A DNA stretch of 64,000 bases from Lepidodermella squamata (GCA_047495785.1 JBLDXI010000041.1:101815-165814); one strand, 5' to 3'; shown: positions 11,814 through 25,400, counted from the stretch's first letter. Numbers and translations are program-made. The notes: a model not told the origin generated them from the letters alone.

Positions 11814-13029
11814 TAAACGCCGCCACAATTGTGTCCGTGTTTTAGCAGCGCTTTCTTGGATTGTTGTTTTCTACTTCATACTTACTGAAATATCCGAATG
11901 ATGTCATCTTGCTGTCTCTTTGCTAAAGTGATCGAAAGGCCTTGTTTAATTGATTTCTCCCAGCGTCTATGCAGGCTGTCAGTTCAAAAATGAGATAAGA
12001 TTCGCCCCAGAGCTGTTTTGTACTTCATGTGGTGTGCGCGTGTGTTAATGTGTTCTCGTCTGGTTCATTGACGTTTGGCTCCTTCAAGCGACTGGCATTC
12101 CGCTCGAAAATCAAGCTCATCAATTGCACTCGTGTAATTTATGTTCGGCAATTCTTTTCCGTTTTATATGCATATGAAAATAGTCATCAGCTGGCATTGT
12201 AGCTTTCGACTCGGAGGACACGAGCACTATGACCGTGCGATGATACAATGGAATACTGTCAAACACTGTAGTTATGTTTTCAAGATAAAATTATTATAAA
12301 GCAAATTATTATTATTAACCAATAAAATATAAATGACATCATTTCTCTTTTGTTGATTGGGTCTTGCAGATAACTCCTGTCTATCCTGGCTACCTGAAAT
12401 TCGGAGAGAACGGCGTCATTAGGCAATACCGACTGATTTCGTTGGGCAAGCAGTCTCCTTTGCCTTGATCACACCAGTTCCGAAGTATAAATTTAGCTTT
12501 AATGCCTCATAAAGCAATGAATTGGGATTTATGAGAATCTATTTTTGCTTTAAACTGCCGTTATCAGGCATCTGATTCTTTTTAGTTGAAGCCTGTCGCT
12601 GATTCATATGGTCAAATTCCTTTCAAACCTTTTAATGAATAGCGTATAGAGAAATTGAATGGAGTACAAATTCAACCGACGACCATATTTTATTGTTGGC
12701 TAAATAGTTTCCCGGCACACTATTGTTTGTAAGCACTTTCAAAATCAAAACCGTTAAGACTTTCAACAAAACTTCGACGCATTGTTTTTAGTATGTCACC
12801 GTTTCATAGTATTACACGATTCACAAAATTTTCAAGTAAAATGCGATTTCGCTATATTCATATTACACGTGTTCACGCTCAGAAAAGGCAGCTTTAAGTT
12901 AACTCAGTAAGCTGAGACCATCACAGTTCCGCTAATAATTCAGGAAATAAACTGACGAACGGTTAGTGGTTGGATCTTCTTTATCAGAGCAGGCAGCAGT
13001 ATAGTGGTTCACTCAGTCGAGACTGATAT

Positions 13030-13708
13030 TCACAAGGCATCTGACAGCAATTTTTCAACTTGCTCGAATACCGATTCGGGCGCTTGCGAAGCATCGACCT
13101 TCCTGACTAGCCCCAGTCGATCGTAATGCTGTATGATTGAAGATGTTTGCAGGTTGAATGTATCAATTCTACCACACCAAAAGTTACACAAAATTTCAGG
13201 TGGAAAATTTCGCTACCTTTTTCTGAGCGTTTCCTCGTTATCGTCTATACGGCCTTGTCCTCGTGACAGGCAACGTTGAATACATATCTGGACAGGGCAG
13301 TCGAGGAGCAAAACAAATAATACTTTCGCCCGTTCCCCCATGTAACTCTCCCAGCCTTCGAGATTGTCTTGATTGCGAGGGAAACCATCAACAAGGACAA
13401 GTGGCGCGGGCGCGCGAAGCATGGCTTGCTCAATAAGCTTCACGGTAATTTCAACTGGGACGATGGAACCTTCGCGAATATGGCGTTCGATTTCAGCACC
13501 GTAAGGGGAATCGGGTTTGCTTCGCTCTTCCCGCAGTAAATCACCAGCTGATAAATGTAAATAGCTGTATTTCTATGATATAAAGTGTAAACATATAATG
13601 TGGCAATTCGCAGCTGATCCAACATACCTTCGCCAACTTCTGACACTGCGTTCCTTTTCCCGATCCCGGTGCGCCCAAAACAAACACAACTTTAGGAATC
13701 ATCGCCAT
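13030..13708 (-). CDS. CMPK1: UMP-CMP kinase, 3 exons
   Basis: Exons 13708-13628, 13572-13217, 13168-13030. P-loop [49 protein letters not shown]. Confidence 0.95.
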
Positions 13709-13815
13709 GTTCAAACAACTAAAACCTAAGATGACAAAATTAAAAAACCTTAAATTTTCATTGAGCCATGATTGAGCCATGATTGAGCAAAACAGAAGGA
13801 TTCACGCGTGAAGTT

Positions 13816-14853
13816 TCAACCCGACACTTTTGGCTTCTTAGATGACGGTTCTACTGAATTATTACTCCCGGCATTGTTGATCTCATCAGTTTCGTGTGAA
13901 ATTATTTTCATAAATAGAGGGTTATCAGTACGAACACTGTAGACCAGAGTCGCTTTTTGATAATATGCAGGCATAAGCCTGATATTACTGATCACGTTGG
14001 CGAGAAAATGAGCGCGTTCCGCTGACCACAAACCTCCCAAACCAGTCTCTTCGCCAGCAAAAGATCCAACAACGAAATGCACATGCAAATGCCAATAAGA
14101 CGGTAGATAGTGGAAAAAGATTCGAAGACGATTAACAGGAATACCATACTTTTCTTCGATGAACTTTGGAACAGTGGAAATTAGATTCTCGAGCAAAGGA
14201 AGGTGCTCAGTTCCAAGCGATCGAAGGCTCGGGAGATCTCTGCGGCGAACAATCGCAACTAGATACAGTCTTTTTTGGGGATCACTAGAGCCATCCCATT
14301 TCATATCTGGGAGCAGTACGAAACCATTCAATGGATCGTCGTCGGACAGCACAATCCTTTCTTTTTCAGCCATGCCATCCAATATGTTGTGTACCCATTT
14401 CACAGCTAGATGATTTTCAGCTATGTAAGGCTTAGTTATTGATGTAAAGATTTCCGGTGATTCCGTTATAATAGCCGTTTCACTCTGCGAGTATTTCGCA
14501 ATGTGTTTAGCGGTAGCAGGCGATATCACTGTAGCCTTAAGCTTGTTCAAATTCGATGACGGACCAGGTAAGACATTGAAAGTATAATAGATGTCATTGG
14601 CCAGGATAAGAGACGCAGAATCCTTGGGCTCTTTTGAATTAGAAATCAGATCTACAACATCAGATTCGGATATGGGTGGCTTTTCGATAACTAAGATTAC
14701 ATCCTTCTCATCGGCTGTTGAAGTTTGACAGAGAAGCGCGAGTTGGCGACCGCTAACAGATGATCCAAGGATTTTTTTGAACGACAAATTGGAATCAGCG
14801 AAAGCTTTCCATCCTTCAGGAGACTTATCAACACCATTCCCCGAAGATGACAT
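13816..14853 (-). CDS. DCPS: m7GpppX diphosphatase (scavenger decapping enzyme), intronless
   Basis: NDIYY, TVISPATAKHIAKY, WVHNILDG.AEKERI, GFVLLPDMKWDG, LRIFFHYLPSYWHLHVHF (HIT motif), ERAH. First ATG at 14853. Confidence 0.95.
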   Translation of the reverse strand: MSSSGNGVDKSPEGWKAFADSNLSFKKILGSSVSGRQLALLCQTSTADEKDVILVIEKPPISESDVVDLISNSKEPKDSASLILANDIYYTFNVLPGPSSNLNKLKATVISPATAKHIAKYSQSETAIITESPEIFTSITKPYIAENHLAVKWVHNILDGMAEKERIVLSDDDPLNGFVLLPDMKWDGSSDPQKRLYLVAIVRRRDLPSLRSLGTEHLPLLENLISTVPKFIEEKYGIPVNRLRIFFHYLPSYWHLHVHFVVGSFAGEETGLGGLWSAERAHFLANVISNIRLMPAYYQKATLVYSVRTDNPLFMKIISHETDEINNAGSNNSVEPSSKKPKVSG

Positions 14854-16951
14854 AATGTGCAAGGTAAAACAACACTCAAGTGGCTACGTAGTTTAAGCAA
14901 AGCTAAGTGAGGCAGGTAAAAGGTGATGTTGGCCTAACCCCTGTGTAGTGCAGCGCAGTTTTGAAACTGAACGAACACGTAGGAAGGTAGCGCGTAGGCT
15001 GACTCAAAAAGGCAGGTGTGCGAAATATATAACATATATTTATTATTGCTCTTAATATTTAATATTTTCAATCTTTGTGCTTGAATGTAACCCAGAGCTG
15101 GTGGCGTACCTGACGTCTGACCTTGAAACTGCACATCCACCATAGTCCGCGGATGCCGACAGATATGCGGGGCGACTTTTGGTTCGATTTTCGAGCGGAT
15201 TTGTCGCGGCCGCATGAAACCACGCTCCTATAAAGTTTGCTGGCCCTAATGTTCAGAGGAACTAACTTCTCAACCGCTGTCGTTTGCATGATTTAGTGTT
15301 TAGTGCCTGTTATCAGCGTTCAGAAGGAAGGGCTATACTCTATGACGATAGCCGAAAGCTGACTTGAGACCATTCTAAGTCATTTGCGGCGCAGGCTTAG
15401 CAGACCCAATACTCTACACTTACTTTAACCCTTTCCTAAAAAGCTAATCCCATCCAAGATCATTGTGGCGCTAGCTAACCGCCAACTGACTTGTCGAGGA
15501 TGGATGGTGGTAATCTTGGGCTGAAGGTTGACGAAAGCGCAAGTGATGATTTCACCGGTGCGTTCGGACTTTCTAAGAGCGGACTTGCTTCGACGACCTT
15601 ATCTGCCCTTGTTGGCCGTCAGCTCAACAACCCTACTATCGATCTGAACATGGAATCTGTTGGCTGCTGACTGGTACCTCTCGGCCCTGGGTTTATAAAA
15701 GATTCCAGAGATGCGATAACCATCATTTCATTGTTAATATTGCTATGCACGATGAAGCAATATTTCATCGTGTTTAAGTGGCCTTGCTGATATAAATGTA
15801 ATTTACTAGGCTCTGTAAATGTAATTTACTCCGAACAAGCTTTATTCCCCTCCGCTGTCCTCTTCGCCTCTGTTGGGCCAGCAGTTCCAAACTTTGTTAG
15901 GATTCTTTAGCGACAATTTGAGAATCTTTGAAATGACTTCCCCTTCATAGGGACATCCGCCTTTAGAGCTTACAAGGAATACAAATGCGTCTGCTGTTGA
16001 CGATTGAACCGTGTATTTCATCCACTGGCGGTAGTTTATTGACAGGAATACGTTGTTAACTTTTAATGTGGCTTTAAATTGATACACCAATGTGGCTGTC
16101 TTGGAGCCGAGATATCGCCTGCAGCTAACCCATAATCCGCTGTATACCTGTCGAGCGTCCTTTGTTGGTTTTCCGAAAATATCACCCGCCGTGATTACCG
16201 TATACGGCTTAATTTTCGTGGTTTTTATTAGTCGCAACATTTCTCACTCGAGCAAATTTAGTGTTAAGCTTGATATGAAACAGAGATTTCCATTCTCTCG
16301 GCTCATCCTTTTAACTATTCACTTTGGAAAAATGATTGCCGATATCGCTGTGGTCATCAAATTTTGACCTCATTTTGACTGTTTCTCACCATTTCGCACA
16401 ATTGAAACACTATATGAAACCATTTGATTTGCCTTTTTACTCTTGATCATGCTTTAACTCTTGAAACAAAATTTCTTCTGATATCATACGACTGTAAGAT
16501 GGCGAACCTCTTCTTGCTAATTACTAAAGCAATGATTAAAATGACTTTAAATTATTTTTCATTGGAAAAGTGGCGTTTGAATTTTCGTGATTCGCGAAAA
16601 AACAACGAAAAATAAGCCGTATCCAACCCTAGATATTATCCCGATAGATCATAAGATAACTTCGGAAGCGTTTCCCGTCTTGCTTAAAATAACGTGCAGC
16701 CAAGCAACATTTATTACTGAAATCTGATCAACCACTGCATTTGAGAATCAGATTACCTATTGCTTGCTCAGCTTTCATACACATTATATTGCCGCGAGCA
16801 GAACTGGCTAGCCGTCTTTGATCTCATTGCTTAACCCGAGACTGAAAAGAAGGCAAAATTATACAAATTCATGTTTCTTCATTAGCCATCTAAACTTGGT
16901 GCTTGAAATTCCATTTATTGTTAATGTCAATTAGGTTTTTAAGCCAACGAT

Positions 16952-17569
16952 ATGTCGCTAAAGCCTTATTTGGCAGCTGTGCGCCATTCTCTCACGGCTG
17001 CACTTTGCCTGCAAAACTTCGACTCTCAGCTTGTGGAGCGACATAACAAGCCTGAAATCGAAATAATGTAAGCCCTGTTTTAAAAAAAATAATGTAATCA
17101 TGCTGGAATTATCTTCATAGGAAAAGCAAAGAATTGCTGCTGAATCCAATTGTAGTCAGCCGATCCGAAAAAGAGCGCGTTTTGATTGAACCGTCAATCA
17201 ATTCTGTTCGTGTTAGTATCGCCGTGAAGCAAGCCGATGACTGCGAAAAAATGCTTTGCCACAAGTTTATGCGATTCATGATGCGCCGCGCCGACGGGTT
17301 CGTGATTCTTCGTCGGAAACCAGTCGCTGTAAGTTGATAATAATTGACTATTTAACATTGCAAATACCGTTGTAATAATAATCCAACAGGGCTACGACAT
17401 CAGCTTCCTAATCACCAACACACATACAGAACAAATGCTGAAGCACAAGCTGGTTGATTTCATTATCAGCTTTATGGAGGAAATCGACAAGGAAATCAGC
17501 GAAATGAAACTGTCCCTCAACAGTCGTGCTCGCATCTGCGCCGAAGAATACCTGAAACGTTTTGGCTAA
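16952..17569 (+). CDS. ARPC4: Arp2/3 complex subunit 4 (p20), 3 exons
   Basis: Exons 16952-17067, 17121-17328, 17390-17569. [84 protein letters not shown]. Confidence 0.97.
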
Positions 17570-18807
17570 GCTGGTGATATTTGTCCGTTAAGTGCCTTTA
17601 TCACGCGATGTGCTTTTATTTGTTATTGTAATTTTCTCAATTACTTTCTCGGATATTTATCGACAAGTGCTTATCAGCTATCGCTTGATCCAATAGGCAC
17701 TTCATCAGTGTATTTCAACGTGATTGCTAGTTTTTACTGCAATAATTTATGATGCAGTCGCTCATATTATCCAACTGCTAATTATTACGCGCTAAAAAAA
17801 GTGAATCGAAATAAAAAAGATTAGTGAAAAGCAAGTCTATTTTATTCATTTTTTTGTCAGACTCGACTCACTTCAACTGCTGATGACCTCCGTACATGTT
17901 TTCTATCACCAAGCAGCATTTTTTTTAGTAAGAGATGCTTATAAAGAAGACACATGCGCCCCTAAACTACGTAAATGTCATTGACACAGAAGAGGATATG
18001 ACCAGACGACGGGCACAGGGTTCAACGAACGAATTTCGACGAAACTAGGAAAAGATTAGGAGGGGAAATGAGACACGCTGCATGAAAAATAACTCAACCG
18101 TTCGAATGCATCGCACGAATAGGCGAATGGTTGCTAGTGTTTACAAAATATGTCATCCACCTTAGATCACGTCATTTTCGTGCGTCGTGTCTCATCTAAT
18201 GAATGTTCTCACAGAGATATAAATGAAAACGCCGAACGAACCAAAGCAAGCTACATGGACATTTCCGAATCACATTATAGTATTATATTTAATTTATCTT
18301 GTATTCTTTTCATTATATCAATTTCTCATATGTACAATATGAAGAGCGGAACGAAAGAAAGCTATCGAATAATATATGTCGATAATTGGAAGAAATAGGA
18401 GGATCAACGGGCGGCACAATGTCATTTTGACCATCTAAAACAGCAATTTTTTTCTTTCAATCAGCTGCGATAACTGAAAATCTCATGAGTGCACTATAAA
18501 ACTTAAAGACTTCCAGACACATAGCCAGGCGCATGATTCGTAGCGTCATCGAAGAGCAACTGCAGTCACAGGCAACTTCGAAACATATATTGTTTTTTTT
18601 TACAAATTGAGAAACCGCGATAATAAGAACAAAACAATATTCGATAATCAAGTATAGTGAAATGCATGTCAGAATATTCTGAATATTGAAGCACGTCATC
18701 ACCAACAAATGATAATGAGCCGTTTTTATCGTTATCATCATCATCACGATATCCGAACTATTTTGAGAAAGCATACTTGTTTTAACGAATTACTATCAAA
18801 CAGTCTT

Positions 18808-20536
18808 CTATTCTGCGAAAGCTTGGCCGGACGAAACACCGCCGACTGTCGCTGAACGTTGCTGCTGATTAGTGCGAGGACCTCGGTTGTTGAAGTGACG
18901 CCTATTGTCGCCAAATTGCTGCCCGGAATTTTGACCACCGGATCGGTGGAAACCACCACGGCCACTATTGCCACCGCGACCACCTCCTGAACCGCGAGGG
19001 CGCCTCGCTTCTTGTCCACCCATCCACGCCCCATCTATATAGCAAAGAGGTGAGAAAATTAAACGGAACACGCTAGATTCAAACCTCGGTTGGCACCGGA
19101 ACCAGCATCTGCGGACTTCCATTCACTGAAATCAGCGTCGTCTTGAGCAGGCCACGCAGCAGCTTCATTGTTCTCGTCGGCGCCACCCGAATGAGCAAAT
19201 TGTCGCCGATTATTACGCTGCGGCTGGTGTTGACCAGAATGCTGGCGGTTGTTTCGTTCACTGCGATTACGGCCGCCACCTTGCTGATCCGGATATGCAT
19301 GACCATCGTTGTTAGTAGGGTTGCCACCTCGATTGCTCCATGCAGCAGGATTGGCACGATCGTTGAAATTAGCTTCACCCTCTTGCTCCGGCTAAGTAAA
19401 CATATAGGATAATATTAAACATTTTCTAGGTTATTTAATTTCAGGATGCTCACTCTTCCAGGAGAACGCTGAGGAACCCAATTACCTATCTGCTGATCTG
19501 CATTTGAATTAATGAACTCTCGAGGAGCTCCAGCGCGATGCTGGTTGGCGCCGGAGGAAATTTGCGACTCTTGCAAGAAGCTAAAGCTGCCAGGTTTCAC
19601 GATTTCCTCCAATTTCGAAGCCGGAGGGGCAACTTCCTTTTGATGAGCATGTAACGCATGCTGTTCGCCATGATGCTTTTGAGGTGAGGTAGGGGGCTGA
19701 CGAACGACGTGCTCCGATGCAGATCCTTCATTCAAATGCTTCGAATGATGGTTGTTGTTATGATGTTGGGACGTACGGTTGTTGCTTTCGGCAGGCTCTT
19801 CTGTTTGAGGTTGCTCGACTTCTTGAGACTTCGGTTCTTCAGGCTTGCTGTGAGATACAGTTTGCTTCGCCTCGGAAAAGATTTGATGCAACCGCGACAA
19901 CACGCCGGCAAGGCTGGCATAGGTTTGCTTCTCGAAAAAAGGCTTCTCCTCCTTGCGCAGAACGCGTTCAAAGCAGTCAGTTGCAGCCGTTAAGAAGGCC
20001 TCGGATTTGTTTGTAGTAGGCTCGACAGTTTCGTAAAATTTGTCAATCATAGACAATTCCGCATCGCTAACCTTGTTACTCTGCTTCAGTTCATTGCGGA
20101 CATTTTCATCCCCGAGCGTGTTAAGAACCAACCGTATTTCCAGGATCTCCCGCATCCTTTCAACGTCACGCTTTCTTTGAGCGATTTTTTCCGCTTTGGC
20201 CTGTTTCTTTTGCATCGATTCATATTCAGTAAAAGTTGACTCGAACTGCTTTTTCAAGTCTCCAAGCAACTCCAATAGTTGCACAACTTCTCCAAAATGA
20301 CTCAAAGCCTCGCGCTGATCCGCTTTCAAGTTGCTATCACCAATTTTCTTGTATTCATCCAGCTTCTTTTTCCTCTTCTCCAGATTTCTCCACTTGTGTT
20401 GAACGATAGCCAAAATCTGTTGAGGCAAAGCAGCATTTTCATTGTTTTCCGTTACTGAGTTCCTTCCGGAACCAGATCCACTTTGAACAAGAGCGGGTTG
20501 AGAATCATTAGCGACGTTGGCAGTTTTAGCAGGCAT
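18808..20536 (-). CDS. CAPRIN1: Caprin family RNA-granule protein, 3 coding exons
   Basis: Exons 20536-19454, 19391-19085, 19034-18808. HR1 region QILAIVQHKWRNLEKRKKKLDEY...LKADQREA; G3BP-binding-like motif GSFSFLQES; C-terminal RGG boxes. Confidence 0.88.
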
Positions 20537-20854
20537 GATCAATGAGCAACTACTCAGCAACAATCTTAAAATCCTATAAAAAATAGCCAACCTCATAGTT
20601 AGTCACAAGTAAAAAATCAAGTTTATTGCAGTTGCAATTGAAGAAATGGATGATAGCTGAATAGATATCAGACAGAAAATTCCGACTCAGAAACTCAACC
20701 ATGAAACATTACAAAATAACATAGGTTAACAAATAGATAGAAAACAGTTTTATTGCATTTCACATTTTTGGAAAGCCACAATTTATGGCTTCTGACCAAT
20801 ACGTTCAGAGATCAGAAACCATTAAATAGCCTTATTCGTGTTTAGGAATCTCAT

Positions 20855-22412
20855 ATTATCATCATCATCATCATTTTATTGTTTTCCTTCTGATTGCACC
20901 ATTTTTTTTTTAATTTTATAAAAGAATATCAGTATTTAGGAATGGATTTATAAATGGGCAAAAAGAGGATCGAGCGCAGAAGTAAGGCGACCGTACACAG
21001 CATATAAGAATGTTTATATAGGATGATGCGCGCAAGGCACGCATACATTAGATAAGGTGATTAAAATAATAATTAGTTTTATTAACTAAGGCCAGATTTG
21101 TAAGGACAGGCCATTCTTCCAATATAAATTTTTTGCACGAGTTAACAAAAAGATTTATCGAAGTAATGTTAGTGATAGAGGCAGGTAGAAGGTTCCATAA
21201 TTTGGCAGTTCTAATAGCAAAGCTAAAGCCCCTAAGGCAAAGTGAATGTTGAGGAATTGTTAATTTGTTATTAGAATGATGTCGAGTAGTAGAGAGATTA
21301 GGTTTGAGAAAGAAAGTATCGAATTCTAGAGGATGAGACATATTATTAATTATTTTGAACGCCATCGTAAGATCGCGGATTAACCATCTTTGGTTTAAGG
21401 ATAGCAATTCAAACTTAGCCAGCCTCTGAATATAGTCGAGGGGAGCCATAGGGGGAGATATAAATCTAGATGTGAAGTTTTTTAAGCACTTTTCTAAAAG
21501 ATTACGATGCTTGATTAAATAAGGCTGCCAGACGCATGAGGCATATAGTAGGTTGGGTAAGACATAAGAATTGAAAGCACGAATTAGAACTGAGTGATTT
21601 CTGGTGGAAAAAGAGTTCAGGATCAAACCACAAAGGCGACGGCTTTTAGCGTATAGTTGGTTGCAGTGAGACGAGAAGGTCAACCTGCTATCTATGATGA
21701 CGCCAAGATCGCTAGTTTCTGTCAACGAGTTGATAATGTGAGAACCGAGTAGATAGTTATGGAGTAAGTTCTTGGATCCAAGACGAAGAATGAAACATTT
21801 TTTAAGATTAACTGATAGTTGGTGGGAAGTGAAAAAAGAATAGATAGAGTTAATATCCTGCTGTATATCAGCTGGATTTGTACCCAATTTGGGGTAAATC
21901 TTAACATCGTCAGCAAATAATCGAATAATGCAAGATTTCACACAGGATGGCAAGTCATTAATGAAAAGAAGGAATAAGATTGGGCCCAGCACGCTTCCTT
22001 GGGGCACACCGGAAGTGACTGGAGACCACTGACAATGAGCATTGTTAATAACGACGCGTTGAGAACGACCAAGTAAAAAATTAGATATCCAGTCAAGTAG
22101 GCGACCAGAAATGTTGTAGTGTTCTAGTTTATTTATTAGTTTTATGTGAGAGACGGAATCGAAGGCCTTTTTAAGGTCAAAGTAAATGCAGTCAACGGGG
22201 ATGCCCCTGTCAAGTCTAGACGACCACTCGTTGATATTTTCGAGTAGCTGCATTTCGGCACTGCGGCGTGATAGGAACCCAAACTGTTCGGGAGATAGAA
22301 TATTATTTTTAGTGAGATGAGATACCAGTTCAATCCGAATACAAGACTCCATAACTTTACATGGTATACTGGTTAGGCTAATGGGCCGATAGTTTTTAAT
22401 GGGCCGATAGTT
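20855..22412 (-). mobile_element. 5'-truncated CR1-clade LINE with an intact RT domain
   Basis: ORF 21048-22442: NYRPISLTSIPCKVME, QFGF, YFDLKKAFDSVSH, SGVPQGSVLGPILFLLFINDLP, LFADD, DLGVIIDSRLTF, LWNLLP. The 3' UTR ends AATAAA followed by an (ATG)n tail at 20855-20880. Confidence 0.93.
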
Positions 22413-25400
22413 CATTAAGGTGGCTTCGGCCAAATGATACATTTATTTCGGCATCCTGGTCGGAAGCATAAGGAATTACTAACTTACAACACCCACAATT
22501 CACGATCAAGGCCGACTTTCAGAGAACATAACGCATAACGCTGTCGTGGCAGTGAGAATTGTTCGGAAGATTTTTACGCGCCGCATAAGACACGAGCTCG
22601 GCATCCTTTGATAATTTCACAGAAAAACATAAAAATACTCTCAAATTTACAAAACAAGGCTCAATTACGGTTAAGCAATATTTTTGTTTTACCAATTCAA
22701 ATTTTTGGCGCGTAGCCTTAAGTAGTAGCAGAGAGTTCTTGGCTTGGCTCTGCGATATTTATTTTCTGCGCTTGCGATTTTCTGAAAAACCGGAGTTCCT
22801 CGTTCCTCTGTGACCTACTTCTAATATACACCCATAGAAAGCAGAATAATATGAAGCCTTTGCTTAGAACAGGTGAAATGCGCAAACTTACCTCGGCGTG
22901 CCTGTCGGCGCCAATTGGATGGAAGACCGCTCAAGTGGCGAATCCGATATGAGACATGCAATCGTCATCATTGCTGATAGTCAAACCATCATCGAAAACA
23001 ATGTTCAACGATTTAGTCACCTCATGTAGTTGGAGTCATGCCCTTCTAGCCTGTCTAGCGCAGGTGTTCATCGCAAAGCCAGAGAAAAGTTCAGCGTTGG
23101 AGAGTTGGAGAGGATGATCGAGAATCGTGAGTCATCGACACGGATGTGCCCGCAGCTCCTTGCTCCTCTCCTGTTCACCGTCAATATCGGACAGCCGACT
23201 GCCCGATACTATCGACGACCCCAGCTGATTTTCTGACAGGCGGGCCGGTTGTACCGCACGCAGTGCAATTTAAGAGGGATGATCTGAAAAAAATAACTAA
23301 GCGAAAATTGATGCCAACCTCCGGTCGTTAATGTAAATGAGACGCCGATTTAACACAGTAAAAACTTGAGCTACTTGGAACATGGAGTGCTCGTCTTCAA
23401 TCTTCACAGATTTGAAGAGCGTGCAGAAATCGCCAAGTGTCTTACCTTCCGTCTTGTCGACAAAAAGGTTTTCCGTTTTCTGCAAAGCTACCTACAGCAG
23501 TCTTATAAACTGGCGACTCGTCTCTGAGCTCCTGCTACGTCATACTCAATGCAGCCAAAACACCAACCGAGCGCTCATGTGAACGGCCCGGGCTGCTGTA
23601 AGAATTCCAAGTGAAAATTTTGCAACGGCTCTGTGGCAAAGAACGTAGTTTAAACCGAATACCAAGTTGAACCCTGTGCGCCGCAATTCCGAACTTTGCA
23701 GTCGGATAGTCGGATACACTAAATCTGTTATCATCCGTCGCTCGAAGGTGAGGAGCCAGACCGACCCTCTCAGTCGGAATCTGTCCTTGTCGCACAGGCT
23801 TGCGGAAATTCCTTATCGAACGGGTGTCAAATAGGTCATAGCTCTAATATAAGTATTATATATTTTTCGTTCTGTTGTGAAATGTCCCAATAAGCTTTAT
23901 ATCTTGCGCCTTTTGAAGTTGACTTTGAGTGGCAGGTTCTAATATCTACCATCCTTTGATGATCTTGTGGAAACAGCGCCATAGATCGCAAGTTGCACGA
24001 GTTATCCAAAAGCACTCGCCTAATTCAAAATTCCAGCGGAACGAATTCGAGAAATAAGTTTTTTATAACCGTAATTTGTTTTTCTGATTTAACATTTTGT
24101 AAACGATGCTAGTAAATCGATAGTTAACATCACCACTGTGATAATCCTGGTTCTTATTATCAAACTGATGCGTAACTCAGGAATCGAGTGAGGCCAAACG
24201 CAGGTGTAAAGCGCGCGCACAAAATAGAGCGAGATGGAGCGATTTCAGCAAAATCGGTTTTTTTTTCGTTTTGCGCTTTTAATTTGCGGAATTTATATGC
24301 ACGAGTAATGTTTCTCAGCCAAGATTTTCAAAATTCTATCGAATGGTGTCAAATTAAGCGAATTTCGCGAAAATGAACGAAATTGAAAGATGGCTAAAAT
24401 TTATCGATAGATTTCACCATCGAAGCTAACTGTGAGCATCTGATTTCAAAAATCAAACCCGCAAGAATTTATTCAATAAGATTAATTTAAGGACTCATTC
24501 GCTTCCGCTGTGTAAACACGGGAGGCGATTGCGCAATGTTCGCTCCAGTTCGCTTCCGCTCCCAGCTCTGGTGTAATCGCGCCTATTGTCGAATAATATT
24601 TCGTTAAGTTCACGCAGTAAATACCGAGTAAAAACACTTACAAGCTATTTATGATATAAAAAACCCCAATAAAAACCCTGCAGCGAATGCTATTATGGGA
24701 TTATGTGAATTCGAAAGGCCGATAATGGGCTATTGCTACTACTCGGTCCTGACGGCGATTTTGAGAGACTTTGACCAATACAGCTAAGTCTTTGGTGTCA
24801 GTCATTGTCGTTGGAGCTCGTTTGTTTCGATTATGGGAATTGAATGTTGGTTTGTGTATTTCAACGCTTCATGTCCATATCCTAACGTGTTAGATACCGC
24901 CGAAATGTTCCATTCTTATCTGCTATTCTTATCATGCCTGATTCTCATTACGCATAATTTATGATAGCAAGCTTTTTTACACACAGTGAAAGCAAGAGTT
25001 ATCACCTGCTAGAATCCCTATAAACATTATCATCATTTTGTACCTTTATATTATTTGCTAAGGCTAGGCGGATTCCCTGCCTTCGTGAATGAACAGTGCT
25101 GAGTATCGCAGTTGATGCGCGAGACAATGATCTGATGTTTATGTCTCATCTAAGTAAACGTCACGGCTGTTCGGTGAGTCTTCATTACATTGAGGCGCGA
25201 AGGGTCAACAGCAGGATGGCTATTCGAGCCATGGTGCTGCCGATGAATTCTTGGGTGAAAGGCTCTGAATATAGTCCCTTGCTCACCCGGCGTGTTTACG
25301 CCGGTACCTGTTTGGTGCCTGTCCGTCTCTCGGCGCATATTTACTTGTTTCGGATCGCTGCCGATTCTGTTATCATTGCATGCCTTTTCGTAATCGTATC

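Noticed and set aside
15842-16240. 132-aa minus-strand ORF with a faint tyrosine-recombinase-like look (FVFLVSSKGGCPY..ISKILK)
   Set aside because: No catalytic R-H-R-Y motifs, non-ATG start and no splice support; at most a decayed element.
22415-22721. TTAA-GG...CC-TTAA bounded segment as a Kolobok/piggyBac-type MITE
   Set aside because: The terminal inverted match is poor, and the segment overlaps the likely Caprin first exon/promoter.
22900-23840. Several 60-86 aa ORFs on both strands
   Set aside because: No recognisable motif and no consistent exon chain.
24188-24590. Possible Harbinger-like MITE end (GGTGTAATCGCGCCT) with repeated TTCGCTTCCGCT
   Set aside because: No matching opposite terminus or TSD found.
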